Of a DNA stretch of 64,000 nt, positions 12,101 through 26,490 are shown piece after piece. The DNA is from the human T2T-CHM13v2.0 reference genome, Homo sapiens, in NCBI RefSeq assembly GCF_009914755.1, contig NC_060932.1. One strand, 5' to 3'. The notes below the pieces were generated by a model. That model was not told the origin of the DNA. It was given only the letters and a program-made list of their open reading frames with translations, and did no database searches. A program made the position numbers and the translations under genes. Numbering within the stretch: position 1 is the stretch's first letter; the number at the start of each line of letters is the position of its first letter.

Positions 12101-13582
12101 TTTGAAGATTCTGCATGCGGATATTTGGATAGCTTTGAGGATTTCGTTGGAAACGGGCTTACATGTAAAAATTAGACAGCAGCATTCTCAGAAACTTCTT
12201 TGTGGTGTCTGCATTCAAGTCACAGAATTGAACTTCCCCTCACATAGAGCAGTTGTGCAGCACTCTATTTGTAGTATCTGGAAGTGGACATTTGGAGGGC
12301 TTTGTAGCCTATCTGGAAAAAGGAAATATCTTCCCATGAATGCGAGATAGAAGTAATCTCAGAAACATGTTTATGCTGTATCTACTCAACTAACTGTGCT
12401 GAACATTTCTATTGATAGAGCAGTTTTGAGACCCTCTTCTTTTGGAATCTGCAAGTGGATATTTGGATAGATTTGAGGATTTCGTTGGAAACGGGATTAT
12501 ATATAAAAAGTAGACAGCAGCATTCTCAGAAACTTCTTTGTGATGTTTGCATCCAGCTCTCAGAGTTGAACATTCCCTTTCATAGAGTAGGTTTGAAACC
12601 CTCTTTTTATAGTGTCTGGAAGCGGGCATTTGGAGCGCTTTCAGGCCTATGCTGAAAAAGGAGATATCTACCTATAGAAACTAGACAGAAGCATTCTGAG
12701 AATCACGTTTGTGATGTGGGTACTCAACTAACAGTGTTGATCCATTCTTTTGATACAGCAGTTTTGAACCACACTTTTTGTAGAATCTGCAAGTGGATAT
12801 TTGGATAGCTGTGAGGATTTCGTTGGAAACGGGAATGTCTTCATAGAAAATTTAGAGAGAAGCATTCTCAGAACCTTGATTGTGATGTGTGTTCTCCACT
12901 AACAGAGTTGAACCTTTCTTTTGACAGAACTGTTCTGAAACATTCTTTTTATAGAATCTGGAAGTGGATATTTGGAAAGCTTTGAGGATTTCGTTGGAAA
13001 CGGGAATATCTTCAAATAAAATCTAGCCAGAAGCATTCTAAGAAACATCTTAGGGATGTTTACATTCAAGTCACAGAGTTGAACATTCCCTTTCACAGAG
13101 CAGGTTTGAAACAATCTTCTCGTACTATCTGGCAGTGGACATTTTGAGCTCTTTGGGGCCTATGCTGAAAAAGGAAATATCTTCCGACAAAAACTAGACA
13201 GAAGCATTCGCAGAATCACGTTTGTGATGTGTGCACTCAACTGTCAGAATTGAACCTTGGTTTGGAGAGAGCACTTTTGAAACACTCTTTTTGTAGAATC
13301 TGCAGGTGGATATTTGGCTAGCTTTGAGGATTTCGTTGGAAACGGTAATGTCTTCAAAGAAAATCTAGACAGAAGCATTCTCAGAAACACCTTCGTGATG
13401 TTTGCAATCAAGTCACAGAGTTGAACCTTCCGTTTCATAGAGCAGGTTGGAAACACACTTTTTGTAGTATCTGGAAGTGGACATTTGGAGGGCTTTGTAG
13501 CCTATCTGGAAAAAGGAAATATCTTCCCATGAATGCGAGATAGAAGTAATCTCAGAAACATGTTTATGCTGTATCTACTCAA

Positions 13583-16500
13583 CTAACTGTGCTGAACATT
13601 TCTATTGATAGAGCAGTTTTGAGACACTCTTCTTTTGGAATCTGCAAGTGGATATTTGGATAGATTTGAGGATTTCGTTGGAAACGGGATTATATATAAA
13701 AAGTAGACAGCAGCATTCTCAGAAACTTCTTTGTGATGTTTGCATCCAGCTCTCAGAGTTGAACATTCCCTTTCATAGAGTAGGTTTGAAACCCTCTTTT
13801 TATAGTGTCTGGAAGCGGGCATTTGGAGCGCTTTCAGGCCTATGCTTAAAATAGGAAATATCTACCTACAGAAACTAGACAGAAGCATTCTGAGAATCAC
13901 GTTTGTGATGTGGGTACTCAACTAACAGTGTTGATCAATTCTTTTGATACAGCAGTTTTGAACCACACTTTTTGTAGAATCTGCAAGAGGATATTTGGAT
14001 AGCTGTGAGGATTTCGTTGGAAACGGGAATGTCTTCAAAGAAAATCTAGACAGAAGCATTCTCAGAAACACCTTCGTGATGTTTGCAATCAAGTCACAGA
14101 GTTGAACCTTCCGTTTCATAGAGCAGGTTGGAAACACTCTTATTGTAGTATCTGGAAGTGGACATTTGGAGCGCTTTCAGGCCTATGGTGAAAAAGGAAA
14201 TATCTTCCCATAAAAACGACATAGAAGCTATCTCAGGAACTTGTTTATGATGCATCTAATCAACTAACAGTGTTGAACCTTTGTACTGACAGAGCACTTT
14301 GAAACACTCTTTTTTTGGAATCTGCAAGTGGATATTTGGATCGCTTTGAGGATTTCGTTGGAAACGGGATGCAATATAAAACGTACACAGCAGCATACTC
14401 AGAAAATACTTTGCCATATTTCCATTCAAGTCACAGAGTGGAACATTCCCATTCATAGAGCAGGTTGGAAACACTCTTTTTGGAGTATCTGGAAGTGGAC
14501 ATTTGGAGCGCTTTCTGAACTATGGTGAAAAAGGAAATATCTTCCAATGAAAACAAGACAGAAGCATTCTGAGAAACTTATTTGTGATGTGTGTCCTCAA
14601 CAAACGGACTTGAACCTTTCGTTTCATGCAGTACTTCTGGAACACTCTTTTTGAAGATTCTGCATGCGGATATTTGGATAGCTTTGAGGATTTCGTTGGA
14701 AACGGGCTTACATGTAAAAATTAGACAGCAGCATTCTCAGAAACTTCTTTGTGGTGTCTGCATTCAAGTCACAGAATTGAACTTCCCCTCACATAGAGCA
14801 GTTGTGCAGCACTCTATTTGTAGTATCTGGAAGTGGACATTTGGAGGGCTTTGTAGCCTATCTGGAAAAAGGAAATATCTTCCCATGAATGCGAGATAGA
14901 AGTAATCTCAGAAACATGTTTATGCTGTATCTACTCAACTAACTGTGCTGAACATTTCTATTGATAGAGCAGTTTTGAGACCCTCTTCTTTTGGAATCTG
15001 CAAGTGGATATTTGGATAGATTTGAGGATTTCGTTGGAAACGGGATTATATATAAAAAGTAGACAGCAGCATTCTCAGAAACTTCTTTGTGATGTTTGCA
15101 TCCAGCTCTCAGAGTTGAACATTCCCTTTCATAGAGTAGGTTTGAAACCCTCTTTTTATAGTGTCTGGAAGCGGGCATTTGGAGCGCTTTCAGGCCTATG
15201 CTGAAAAAGGAGATATCTACCTATAGAAACTAGACAGAAGCATTCTGAGAATCACGTTTGTGATGTGGGTACTCAACTAACAGTGTTGATCCATTCTTTT
15301 GATACAGCAGTTTTGAACCACACTTTTTGTAGAATCTGCAAGTGGATATTTGGATAGCTGTGAGGATTTCGTTGGAAACGGGAATGTCTTCATAGAAAAT
15401 TTAGAGAGAAGCATTCTCAGAACCTTGATTGTGATGTGTGTTCTCCACTAACAGAGTTGAACCTTTCTTTTGACAGAACTGTTCTGAAACATTCTTTTTA
15501 TAGAATCTGGAAGTGGATATTTGGAAAGCTTTGAGGATTTCGTTGGAAACGGGAATATCTTCAAATAAAATCTAGCCAGAAGCATTCTAAGAAACATCTT
15601 AGGGATGTTTACATTCAAGTCACAGAGTTGAACATTCCCTTTCACAGAGCAGGTTTGAAACAATCTTCTCGTACTATCTGGCAGTGGACATTTTGAGCTC
15701 TTTGGGGCCTATGCTGAAAAAGGAAATATCTTCCGACAAAAACTAGACAGAAGCATTCGCAGAATCACGTTTGTGATGTGTGCACTCAACTGTCAGAATT
15801 GAACCTTGGTTTGGAGAGAGCACTTTTGAAACACTCTTTTTGTAGAATCTGCAGGTGGATATTTGGCTAGCTTTGAGGATTTCGTTGGAAACGGTAATGT
15901 CTTCAAAGAAAATCTAGACAGAAGCATTCTCAGAAACACCTTCGTGATGTTTGCAATCAAGTCACAGAGTTGAACCTTCCGTTTCATAGAGCAGGTTGGA
16001 AACACACTTTTTGTAGTATCTGGAAGTGGACATTTGGAGGGCTTTGTAGCCTATCTGGAAAAAGGAAATATCTTCCCATGAATGCGAGATAGAAGTAATC
16101 TCAGAAACATGTTTATGCTGTATCTACTCAACTAACTGTGCTGAACATTTCTATTGATAGAGCAGTTTTGAGACACTCTTCTTTTGGAATCTGCAAGTGG
16201 ATATTTGGATAGATTTGAGGATTTCGTTGGAAACGGGATTATATATAAAAAGTAGACAGCAGCATTCTCAGAAACTTCTTTGTGATGTTTGCATCCAGCT
16301 CCCAGAGTTGAACATTCCCTTTCATAGAGTAGGTTTGAAACCCTCTTTTTATAGTGTCTGGAAGCGGGCATTTGGAGCGCTTTCAGGCCTATGCTGAAAA
16401 AGGAAATATCTACCTATAGAAACTAGACAGAAGCATTCTGAGAATCACGTTTGTGATGTGGGTACTCAACTAACAGTGTTGATCCATTCTTTTGATACAG

Positions 16501-19500
16501 CAGTTTTGAACCACACTTTTTGTAGAATCTGCAAGTGGATATTTGGATAGCTGTGAGGATTTCGTTGGAAACGGGAATGTCTTCATAGAAAATTTAGACA
16601 GAAGCATTCTCAGAACCTTGATTGTGATGTGTGTTCTCCACTAACAGAGCTGAACCTTTCTTTTGACAGAACTGTTCTGAAACATTCTTTTTATAGAATC
16701 TGGAAGTGGATATTTGGAAAGCTTTGAGGATTTCGTTGGAAACGGGAATATCTTCAAATCAAATCTAGCCAGAAGCATTCTAAGAAACATCTTAGGGATG
16801 TTTACATTCAAGTCACAGAGTTGAACATTCCCTTTCACAGAGCAGGTTTGAAACAATCTTCTCGTACTATCTGGCAGTGGACATTTTGAGCTCTTTGGGG
16901 CCTATGCTGAAAAAGGAAATATCTTCCGACAAAAACTAGACAGAAGCATTCGCAGAATCACGTTTGTGATGTGTGCACTCAACTGTCAGAATTGAACCTT
17001 GGTTTGGAGAGAGCACTTTTGAAACACTCTTTTTGTAGAATCTGCAGGTGGATATTTGGCTAGCTTTGAGGATTTCGTTGGAAACGGTAATGTCTTCAAA
17101 GAAAATCTAGACAGAAGCATTCTCAGAAACACCTTCGTGATGTTTGCAATCAAGTCACAGAGTTGAACCTTCCGTTTCATAGAGCAGGTTGGAAACACAC
17201 TTTTTGTAGTATCTGGAAGTGGACATTTGGAGGGCTTTGTAGCCTATCTGGAAAAAGGAAATATCTTCCCATGAATGCGAGATAGAAGTAATCTCAGAAA
17301 CATGTTTATGCTGTATCTACTCAACTAACTGTGCTGAACATTTCTATTGATAGAGCAGTTTTGAGACACTCTTCTTTTGGAATCTGCAAGTGGATATTTG
17401 GATAGATTTGAGGATTTCGTTGGAAACGGGATTATATATAAAAAGTAGACAGCAGCATTCTCAGAAACTTCTTTGTGATGTTTGCATCCAGCTCTCAGAG
17501 TTGAACATTCCCTTTCATAGAGTAGGTTTGAAACCCTCTTTTTATAGTGTCTGGAAGCGGGCATTTGGAGCGCTTTCAGGCCTATGCTTAAAATAGGAAA
17601 TATCTACCTACAGAAACTAGACAGAAGCATTCTGAGAATCACGTTTGTGATGTGGGTACTCAACTAACAGTGTTGATCCATTCTTTTGATACAGCAGTTT
17701 TGAACCACACTTTTTGTAGAATCTGCAAGAGGATATTTGGATAGCTGTGAGGATTTCGTTGGAAACGGGAATGTCTTCAAAGAAAATCTAGACAGAAGCA
17801 TTCTCAGAAACACCTTCGTGATGTTTGCAATCAAGTCACAGAGTTGAACCTTCCGTTTCATAGAGCAGGTTGGAAACACTCTTATTGTAGTATCTGGAAG
17901 TGGACATTTGGAGCGCTTTCAGGCCTACGGTGAAAAAGGAAATATCTTCCCATAAAAACGACATAGAATCTATCTCAGGAACTTGTTTATGATGCATCTA
18001 ATCAACTAACAGTGTTGAACCTTTGTACTGACAGAGCACTTTGAAACACTCTTTTTTTGGAATCTGCAAGTGGATATTTGGATCGCTTTGAGGATTTCGT
18101 TGGAAACGGGATGCAATATAAAACGTACACAGCAGCATACTCAGAAAATACTTTGCCATATTTCCATTCAAGTCACAGAGTGGAACATTCCCATTCATAG
18201 AGCAGGTTGGAAACACTCTTTTTGGAGTATCTGGAAGTGGACATTTGGAGCGCTTTCTGAACTATGGTGAAAAAGGAAATATCTTCCAATGAAAACAAGA
18301 CAGAAGCATTCTGAGAAACTTATTTGTGATGTGTGTCCTCAACAAACGGACTTGAACCTTTCGTTTCATGCAGTACTTCTGGAACACTCTTTTTGAAGAT
18401 TCTGCATGCGGATATTTGGATAGCTTTGAGGATTTCGTTGGAAACGGGCTTACATGTAAAAATTAGACAGCAGCATTCTCAGAAACTTCTTTGTGGTGTC
18501 TGCATTCAAGTCACAGAATTGAACTTCCCCTCACATAGAGCAGTTGTGCAGCACTCTATTTGTAGTATCTGGAAGTGGACATTTGGAGGGCTTTGTAGCC
18601 GATCTGGAAAAAGGAAATATCTTCCCATGAATGCGAGATAGAAGTAATCTCAGAAACATGTTTATGCTGTATCTACTCAACTAACTGTGCTGAACATTTC
18701 TATTGATAGAGCAGTTTTGAGACCCTCTTCTTTTGGAATCTGCAAGTGGATATTTGGATAGATTTGAGGATTTCGTTGGAAACGGGATTATATATAAAAA
18801 GTAGACAGCAGCATTCTCAGAAACTTCTTTGTGATGTTTGCATCCAGCTCTCAGAGTTGAACATTCCCTTTCATAGAGTAGGTTTGAAACCCTCTTTTTA
18901 TAGTGTCTGGAAGCGGGCATTTGGAGCGCTTTCAGGCCTATGCTGAAAAAGGAGATATCTACCTATAGAAACTAGACAGAAGCATTCCGAGAATCACGTT
19001 TGTGATGTGGGTACTCAACTAACAGTGTTGATCCATTCTTTTGATACAGCAGTTTTGAACCACACTTTTTGTAGAATCTGCAAGTGGATATTTGGATAGC
19101 TGTGAGGATTTCGTTGGAAACGGGAATGTCTTCATAGAAAATTTAGAGAGAAGCATTCTCAGAACCTTGATTGTGATGTGTGTTCTCCACTAACAGAGTT
19201 GAACCTTTCTTTTGACAGAACTGTTCTGAAACATTCTTTTTATAGAATCTGGAAGTGGATATTTGGAAAGCTTTGAGGATTTCGTTGGAAACGGGAATAT
19301 CTTCAAATAAAATCTAGCCAGAAGCATTCTAAGAAACATCTTAGGGATGTTTACATTCAAGTCACAGAGTTGAACATTCCCTTTCACAGAGCAGGTTTGA
19401 AACAATCTTCTCGTACTATCTGGCAGTGGACATTTTGAGCTCTTTGGGGCCTATGCTGAAAAAGGAAATATCTTCCGACAAAAACTAGACAGAAGCATTC

Positions 19501-21066
19501 GCAGAATCACGTTTGTGATGTGTGCACTCAACTGTCAGAATTGAACCTTGGTTTGGAGAGAGCACTTTTGAAACACTCTTTTTGTAGAATCTGCAGGTGG
19601 ATATTTGGCTAGCTTTGAGGATTTCGTTGGAAACGGTAATGTCTTCAAAGAAAATCTAGACAGAAGCATTCTCAGAAACACCTTCGTGATGTTTGCAATC
19701 AAGTCACAGAGTTGAACCTTCCGTTTCATAGAGCAGGTTGGAAACACACTTTTTGTAGTATCTGGAAGTGGACATTTGGAGGGCTTTGTAGCCTATCTGG
19801 AAAAAGGAAATATCTTCCCATGAATGCGAGATAGAAGTAATCTCAGAAACATGTTTATGCTGTATCTACTCAACTAACTGTGCTGAACATTTCTATTGAT
19901 AGAGCAGTTTTGAGACACTCTTCTTTTGGAATCTGCAAGTGGATATTTGGATAGATTTGAGGATTTCGTTGGAAACGGGATTATATATAAAAAGTAGACA
20001 GCAGCATTCTCAGAAACTTCTTTGTGATGTTTGCATCTAGCTCCCAGAGTTGAACATTCCCTTTCATAGAGTAGTTTTGAAACCCTCTTTTTATAGTGTC
20101 TGGAAGCGGGCATTTGGAGCGCTTTCAGGCCTATGCTGAAAAAGGAAATATCTACCTATAGAAACTAGACAGAAGCATTCTGAGAATCACGTTTGTGATG
20201 TGGGTACTCAACTAACAGTGTTGATCCATTCTTTTGATACAGCAGTTTTGAACCACACTTTTTGTAGAATCTGCAAGTGGATATTTGGATAGCTGTGAGG
20301 ATTTCGTTGGAAACGGGAATGTCTTCATAGAAAATTTAGACAGAAGCATTCTCAGAACCTTGATTGTGATGTGTGTTCTCCACTAACAGAGTTGAACCTT
20401 TCTTTTGACAGAACTGTTCTGAAACATTCTTTTTATAGAATCTGGAAGTGGATATTTGGAAAGCTTTGAGGATTTCGTTGGAAACGGGAATATCTTCAAA
20501 TCAAATCTAGCCAGAAGCATTCTAAGAAACAGCTTAGGGATGTTTACATTCAAGTCACAGAGTTGAACATTCCCTTTCACAGAGCAGGTTTGAAACAATC
20601 TTCTCGTACTATCTGGCAGTGGACATTTTGAGCTCCTTGGGGCCTATGCTGAAAAAGGAAATATCTTCCGACAAAAACTAGACAGAAGCATTCGCAAAAT
20701 CACGTTTGTGATGTGTGCACTCAACTGTCAGAATTGAACCTTGGTTTGGAGAGAGCACTTTTGAAACACTCTTTTTGTAGAATCTGCAGGTGGATATTTG
20801 GCTAGCTTTGAGGATTTCGTTGGAAACGGTAATGTCTTCAAAGAAAATCTAGACAGAAGCATTCTCAGAAACACCTTCGTGATGTTTGCAATCAAGTCAC
20901 AGAGTTGAACCTTCCGTTTCATAGAGCAGGTTGGAAACACTCTTTTTGTAGTATCTGGAAGTGGACATTTGGAGGGCTTTGTAGCCTATCTGGAAAAAGG
21001 AAATATCTTCCCATGAATGCGAGATAGAAGTAATCTCAGAAACATGTTTATGCTGTATCTACTCAA
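13583..21066 (+). repeat. Two tandem 8-7-7 super-repeats (22 monomers, 3742 bp each)
   Basis: Anchors 13583, 17325 and 21067 are spaced 3742 bp apart, and position-specific SNPs recur in register. Confidence 0.9.
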
Positions 21067-24000
21067 CTAACTGTGCTGAACATTTCTATTGATAGAGCAG
21101 TTTTGAGACACTCTTCTTTTGGAATCTGCAAGTGGATATTTGGATAGATTTGAGGATTTCGTTGGAAACGGGATTATATATAAAAAGTAGACAGCAGCAT
21201 TCTCAGAAACTTCTTTGTGATGTTTGCATCCAGCTCTCAGAGTTGAACATTCCCTTTCATAGAGTAGGTTTGAAACCCTCTTTTTATAGTGTCTGGAAGC
21301 GGGCATTTGGAGCGCTTTCAGGCCTATGCTTAAAATAGGAAATATCTACCTACAGAAACTAGACAGAAGCATTCTGAGAATCACGTTTGTGATGTGGGTA
21401 CTCAACTAACAGTGTTGATCCATTCTTTTGATACAGCAGTTTTGAACCACACTTTTTGTAGAATCTGCAAGAGGATATTTGGATAGCTGTGAGGATTTCG
21501 TTGGAAACGGGAATGTCTTCAAAGAAAATCTAGACAGAAGCATTCTCAGAAACACCTTCGTGATGTTTGCAATCAAGTCACAGAGTTGAACCTTCCGTTT
21601 CATAGAGCAGGTTGGAAACACTCTTATTGTAGTATCTGGAAGTGGACATTTGGAGCGCTTTCAGGCCTATGGTGAAAAAGGAAATATCTTCCCATAAAAA
21701 CGACATAGAAGCTATCTCAGGAACTTGTTTATGATGCATCTAATCAACTAACAGTGTTGAACCTTTGTACTGACAGAGCACTTTGAAACACTCTTTTTTT
21801 GGAATCTGCAAGTGGATATTTGGATCGCTTTGAGGATTTCGTTGGAAACGGGATGCAATATAAAACGTACACAGCAGCATACTCAGAAAATACTTTGCCA
21901 TATTTCCATTCAAGTCACAGAGTGGAACATTCCCATTACTAGAGCAGGTTGGAAACACTCTTTTTGGAGTATCTGGAAGTGGACATTTGGAGCGCTTTCT
22001 GAACTATGGTGAAAAAGGAAATATCTTCCAATGAAAACAAGACAGAAGCATTCTGAGAAACTTATTTGTGATGTGTGTCCTCAACAAACGGACTTGAACC
22101 TTTCGTTTCATGCAGTACTTCTGGAACACTCTTTTTGAAGATTCTGCATGCGGATATTTGGATAGCTTTGAGGATTTCGTTGGAAACGGGCTTACATGTA
22201 AAAATTAGACAGCAGCATTCTCAGAAACTTCTTTGTGGTGTCTGCATTCAAGTCACAGAATTGAACTTCCCCTCACATAGAGCAGTTGTGCAGCACTCTA
22301 TTTGTAGTATCTGGAAGTGGACATTTGGAGGGCTTTGTAGCCTATCTGGAAAAAGGAAATATCTTCCCATGAATGCGAGATAGAAGTAATCTCAGAAACA
22401 TGTTTATGCTGTATCTACTCAACTAACTGTGCTGAACATTTCTATTGATAGAGCAGTTTTGAGACACTCTTCTTTTGGAATCTGCAAGTGGATATTTGGA
22501 TAGATTTGAGGATTTCGTTGGAAACGGGATTATATATAAAAAGTAGACAGCAGCATTCTCAGAAACTTCTTTGTGATGTTTGCATCCAGCTCTCAGAGTT
22601 GAACATTCCCTTTCATAGAGTAGGTTTGAAACCCTCTTTTTATAGTGTCTGGAAGCGGGCATTTGGAGCGCTTTCAGGCCTATGCTTAAAATAGGAAATA
22701 TCTACCTACAGAAACTAGACAGAAGCATTCTGAGAATCACGTTTGTGATGTGGGTACTCAACTAACAGTGTTGATCCATTCTTTTGATACAGCAGTTTTG
22801 AACCACACTTTTTGTAGAATCTGCAAGAGGATATTTGGATAGCTGTGAGGATTTCGTTGGAAACGGGAATGTCTTCAAAGAAAATCTAGACAGAAGCATT
22901 CTCAGAAACACCTTCGTGATGTTTGCAATCAAGTCACAGAGTTGAACCTTCCGTTTCATAGAGCAGGTTGGAAACACTCTTATTGTAGTATCTGGAAGTG
23001 GACATTTGGAGCGCTTTCAGGCCTATGGTGAAAAAGGAAATATCTTCCCATAAAAACGACATAGAAGCTATCTCAGGAACTTGTTTATGATGCATCTAAT
23101 CAACTAACAGTGTTGAACCTTTGTACTGACAGAGCAGTTTGAAACACTCTTTTTTTGGAATCTGCAAGTGGATATTTGGATCACTTTGAGGATTTCGTTG
23201 GAAACGGGATGCAATATAAAACGTACACAGCAGCATACTCAGAAAATACTTTGCCATGTTTCCATTCAAGTCACAGAGTGGAACATTCCCATTCATAGAG
23301 CAGGTTGGAAACACTCTTTTTGGAGTATCTGGAAGTGGACATTTGGAGCGCTTTTTGAACTATGGTGAAAAAGGAAATATCTTCCAATGAAAACAAGACA
23401 GAAGCATTCTGAGAAACTTATTTGTGATGTGTGTCCTCAACAAACGGACTTGAACCTTTCGTTTCATGCAGTACTTCTGGAACACTCTTTTTGAAGATTC
23501 TGCATGCGGATATTTGGATAGCTTTGAGGATTTCGTTGGAAACGGGCTTACATGTAAAAATTAGACAGCAGCATTCTCAGAAACTTCTTTGTGGTGTCTG
23601 CATTCAAGTCACAGAATTGAACTTCCCCTCACATAGAGCAGTTGTGCAGCACTCTATTTGTAGTATCTGGAAGTGGACATTTGGAGGGCTTTGTAGCCTA
23701 TCTGGAAAAAGGAAATATCTTCCCATGAATGCGAGATAGAAGTAATCTGAGAAACATGTTTATGCTGTATCTACTCAACTAACTGTGCTGAACATTTCTA
23801 TTGATAGAGCAGTTTTGAGACACTCTTCTTTTGGAATCTGCAAGTGGATATTTGGATAGATTTGAGGATTTCGTTGGAAACGGGATTATATATAAAAAGT
23901 AGACAGCAGCATTCTCAGAAACTTCTTTGTGATGTTTGCATCCAGCTCTCAGAGTTGAACATTCCCTTTCATAGAGTAGGTTTGAAACCCTCTTTTTATA

Positions 24001-26490
24001 GTGTCTGGAAGCGGGCATTTGGAGCGCTTTCAGGCCTATGCTTAAAATAGGAAATATCTACCTACAGAAACTAGACAGAAGCATTCTGAGAATCACGTTT
24101 GTGATGTGGGTACTCAACTAACAGTGTTGATCCATTCTTTTGATACAGCAGTTTTGAACCACACTTTTTGTAGAATCTGCAAGAGGATATTTGGATAGCT
24201 GTGAGGATTTCGTTGGAAACGGGAATGTCTTCAAAGAAAATCTAGACAGAAGCATTCTCAGAAACACCTTCGTGATGTTTGCAATCAAGTCACAGAGTTG
24301 AACCTTCCGTTTCATAGAGCAGGTTGGAAACACTCTTATTGTAGTATCTGGAAGTGGACATTTGGAGCGCTTTCAGGCCTATGGTGAAAAAGGAAATATC
24401 TTCCCATAAAAACGACATAGAAGCTATCTCAGGAACTTGTTTATGATGCATCTAATCAACTAACAGTGTTGAACCTTTGTACTGACAGAGCACTTTGAAA
24501 CACTCTTTTTTTGGAATCTGCAAGTGGATATTTGGATCGCTTTGAGGATTTCGTTGGAAACGGGATGCAATATAAAACGTACACAGCAGCATACTCAGAA
24601 AATACTTTGCCATATTTCCATTCAAGTCACAGAGTGGAACATTCCCATTCATAGAGCAGGTTGGAAACACTCTTTTTGGAGTATCTGGAAGTGGACATTT
24701 GGAGCGCTTTCTGAACTATGGTGAAAAAGGAAATATCTTCCAATGAAAACAAGACAGAAGCATTCTGAGAAACTTATTTGTGATGTGTGTCCTCAACAAA
24801 CGGACTTGAACCTTTCGTTTCATGCAGTACTTCTGGAACACTCTTTTTGAAGATTCTGCATGCGGATATTTGGATAGCTTTGAGGATTTCGTTGGAAACG
24901 GGCTTACATGTAAAAATTAGACAGCAGCATTCTCAGAAACTTCTTTGTGGTGTCTGCATTCAAGTCACAGAATTGAACTTCCCCTCACATAGAGCAGTTG
25001 TGCAGCACTCTATTTGTAGTATCTGGAAGTGGACATTTGGAGGGCTTTGTAGCCTATCTGGAAAAAGGAAATATCTTCCCATGAATGCGAGATAGAAGTA
25101 ATCTGAGAAACATGTTTATGCTGTATCTACTCAACTAACTGTGCTGAACATTTCTATTGATAGAGCAGTTTTGAGACACTCTTCTTTTGGAATCTGCAAG
25201 TGGATATTTGGATAGATTTGAGGATTTCGTTGGAAACGGGATTATATATAAAAAGTAGACAGCAGCATTCTCAGAAACTTCTTTGTGATGTTTGCATCCA
25301 GCTCTCAGAGTTGAACATTCCCTTTCATAGAGTAGGTTTGAAACCCTCTTTTTATAGTGTCTGGAAGCGGGCATTTGGAGCGCTTTCAGGCCTATGCTTA
25401 AAATAGGAAATATCTACCTACAGAAACTAGACAGAAGCATTCTGAGAATCACGTTTGTGATGTGGGTACTCAACTAACAGTGTTGATCCATTCTTTTGAT
25501 ACAGCAGTTTTGAACCACACTTTTTGTAGAATCTGCAAGAGGATATTTGGATAGCTGTGAGGATTTCGTTGGAAACGGGAATGTCTTCAAAGAAAATCTA
25601 GACAGAAGCATTCTCAGAAACACCTTCGTGATGTTTGCAATCAAGTCACAGAGTTGAACCTTCCGTTTCATAGAGCAGGTTGGAAACACTCTTATTGTAG
25701 TATCTGGAAGTGGACATTTGGAGCGCTTTCAGGCCTATGGTGAAAAAGGAAATATCTTCCCATAAAAACGACATAGAAGCTATCTCAGGAACTTGTTTAT
25801 GATGCATCTAATCAACTAACAGTGTTGAACCTTTGTACTGACAGAGCACTTTGAAACACTCTTTTTTTGGAATCTGCAAGTGGATATTTGGATCGCTTTG
25901 AGGATTTCGTTGGAAACGGGATGCAATATAAAACGTACACAGCAGCATACTCAGAAAATACTTTGCCATATTTCCATTCAAGTCACAGAGTGGAACATTC
26001 CCATTCATAGAGCAGGTTGGAAACACTCTTTTTGGAGTATCTGGAAGTGGACATTTGGAGCGCTTTCTGAACTATGGTGAAAAAGGAAATATCTTCCAAT
26101 GAAAACAAGACAGAAGCATTCTGAGAAACTTATTTGTGATGTGTGTCCTCAACAAACGGACTTGAACCTTTCGTTTCATGCAGTACTTCTGGAACACTCT
26201 TTTTGAAGATTCTGCATGCGGATATTTGGATAGCTTTGAGGATTTCGTTGGAAACGGGCTTACATGTAAAAATTAGACAGCAGCATTCTCAGAAACTTCT
26301 TTGTGGTGTCTGCATTCAAGTCACAGAATTGAACTTCCCCTCACATAGAGCAGTTGTGCAGCACTCTATTTGTAGTATCTGGAAGTGGACATTTGGAGGG
26401 CTTTGTAGCCTATCTGGAAAAAGGAAATATCTTCCCATGAATGTGAGATAGAAGTAATCTCAGAAACATGTTTATGCTGTATCTACTCAA
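21067..26490 (+). repeat. Homogeneous run of four 8-mers (4 x 1356 bp)
   Basis: Anchors 21067, 22423, 23779, 25135, 26491. Confidence 0.95.
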
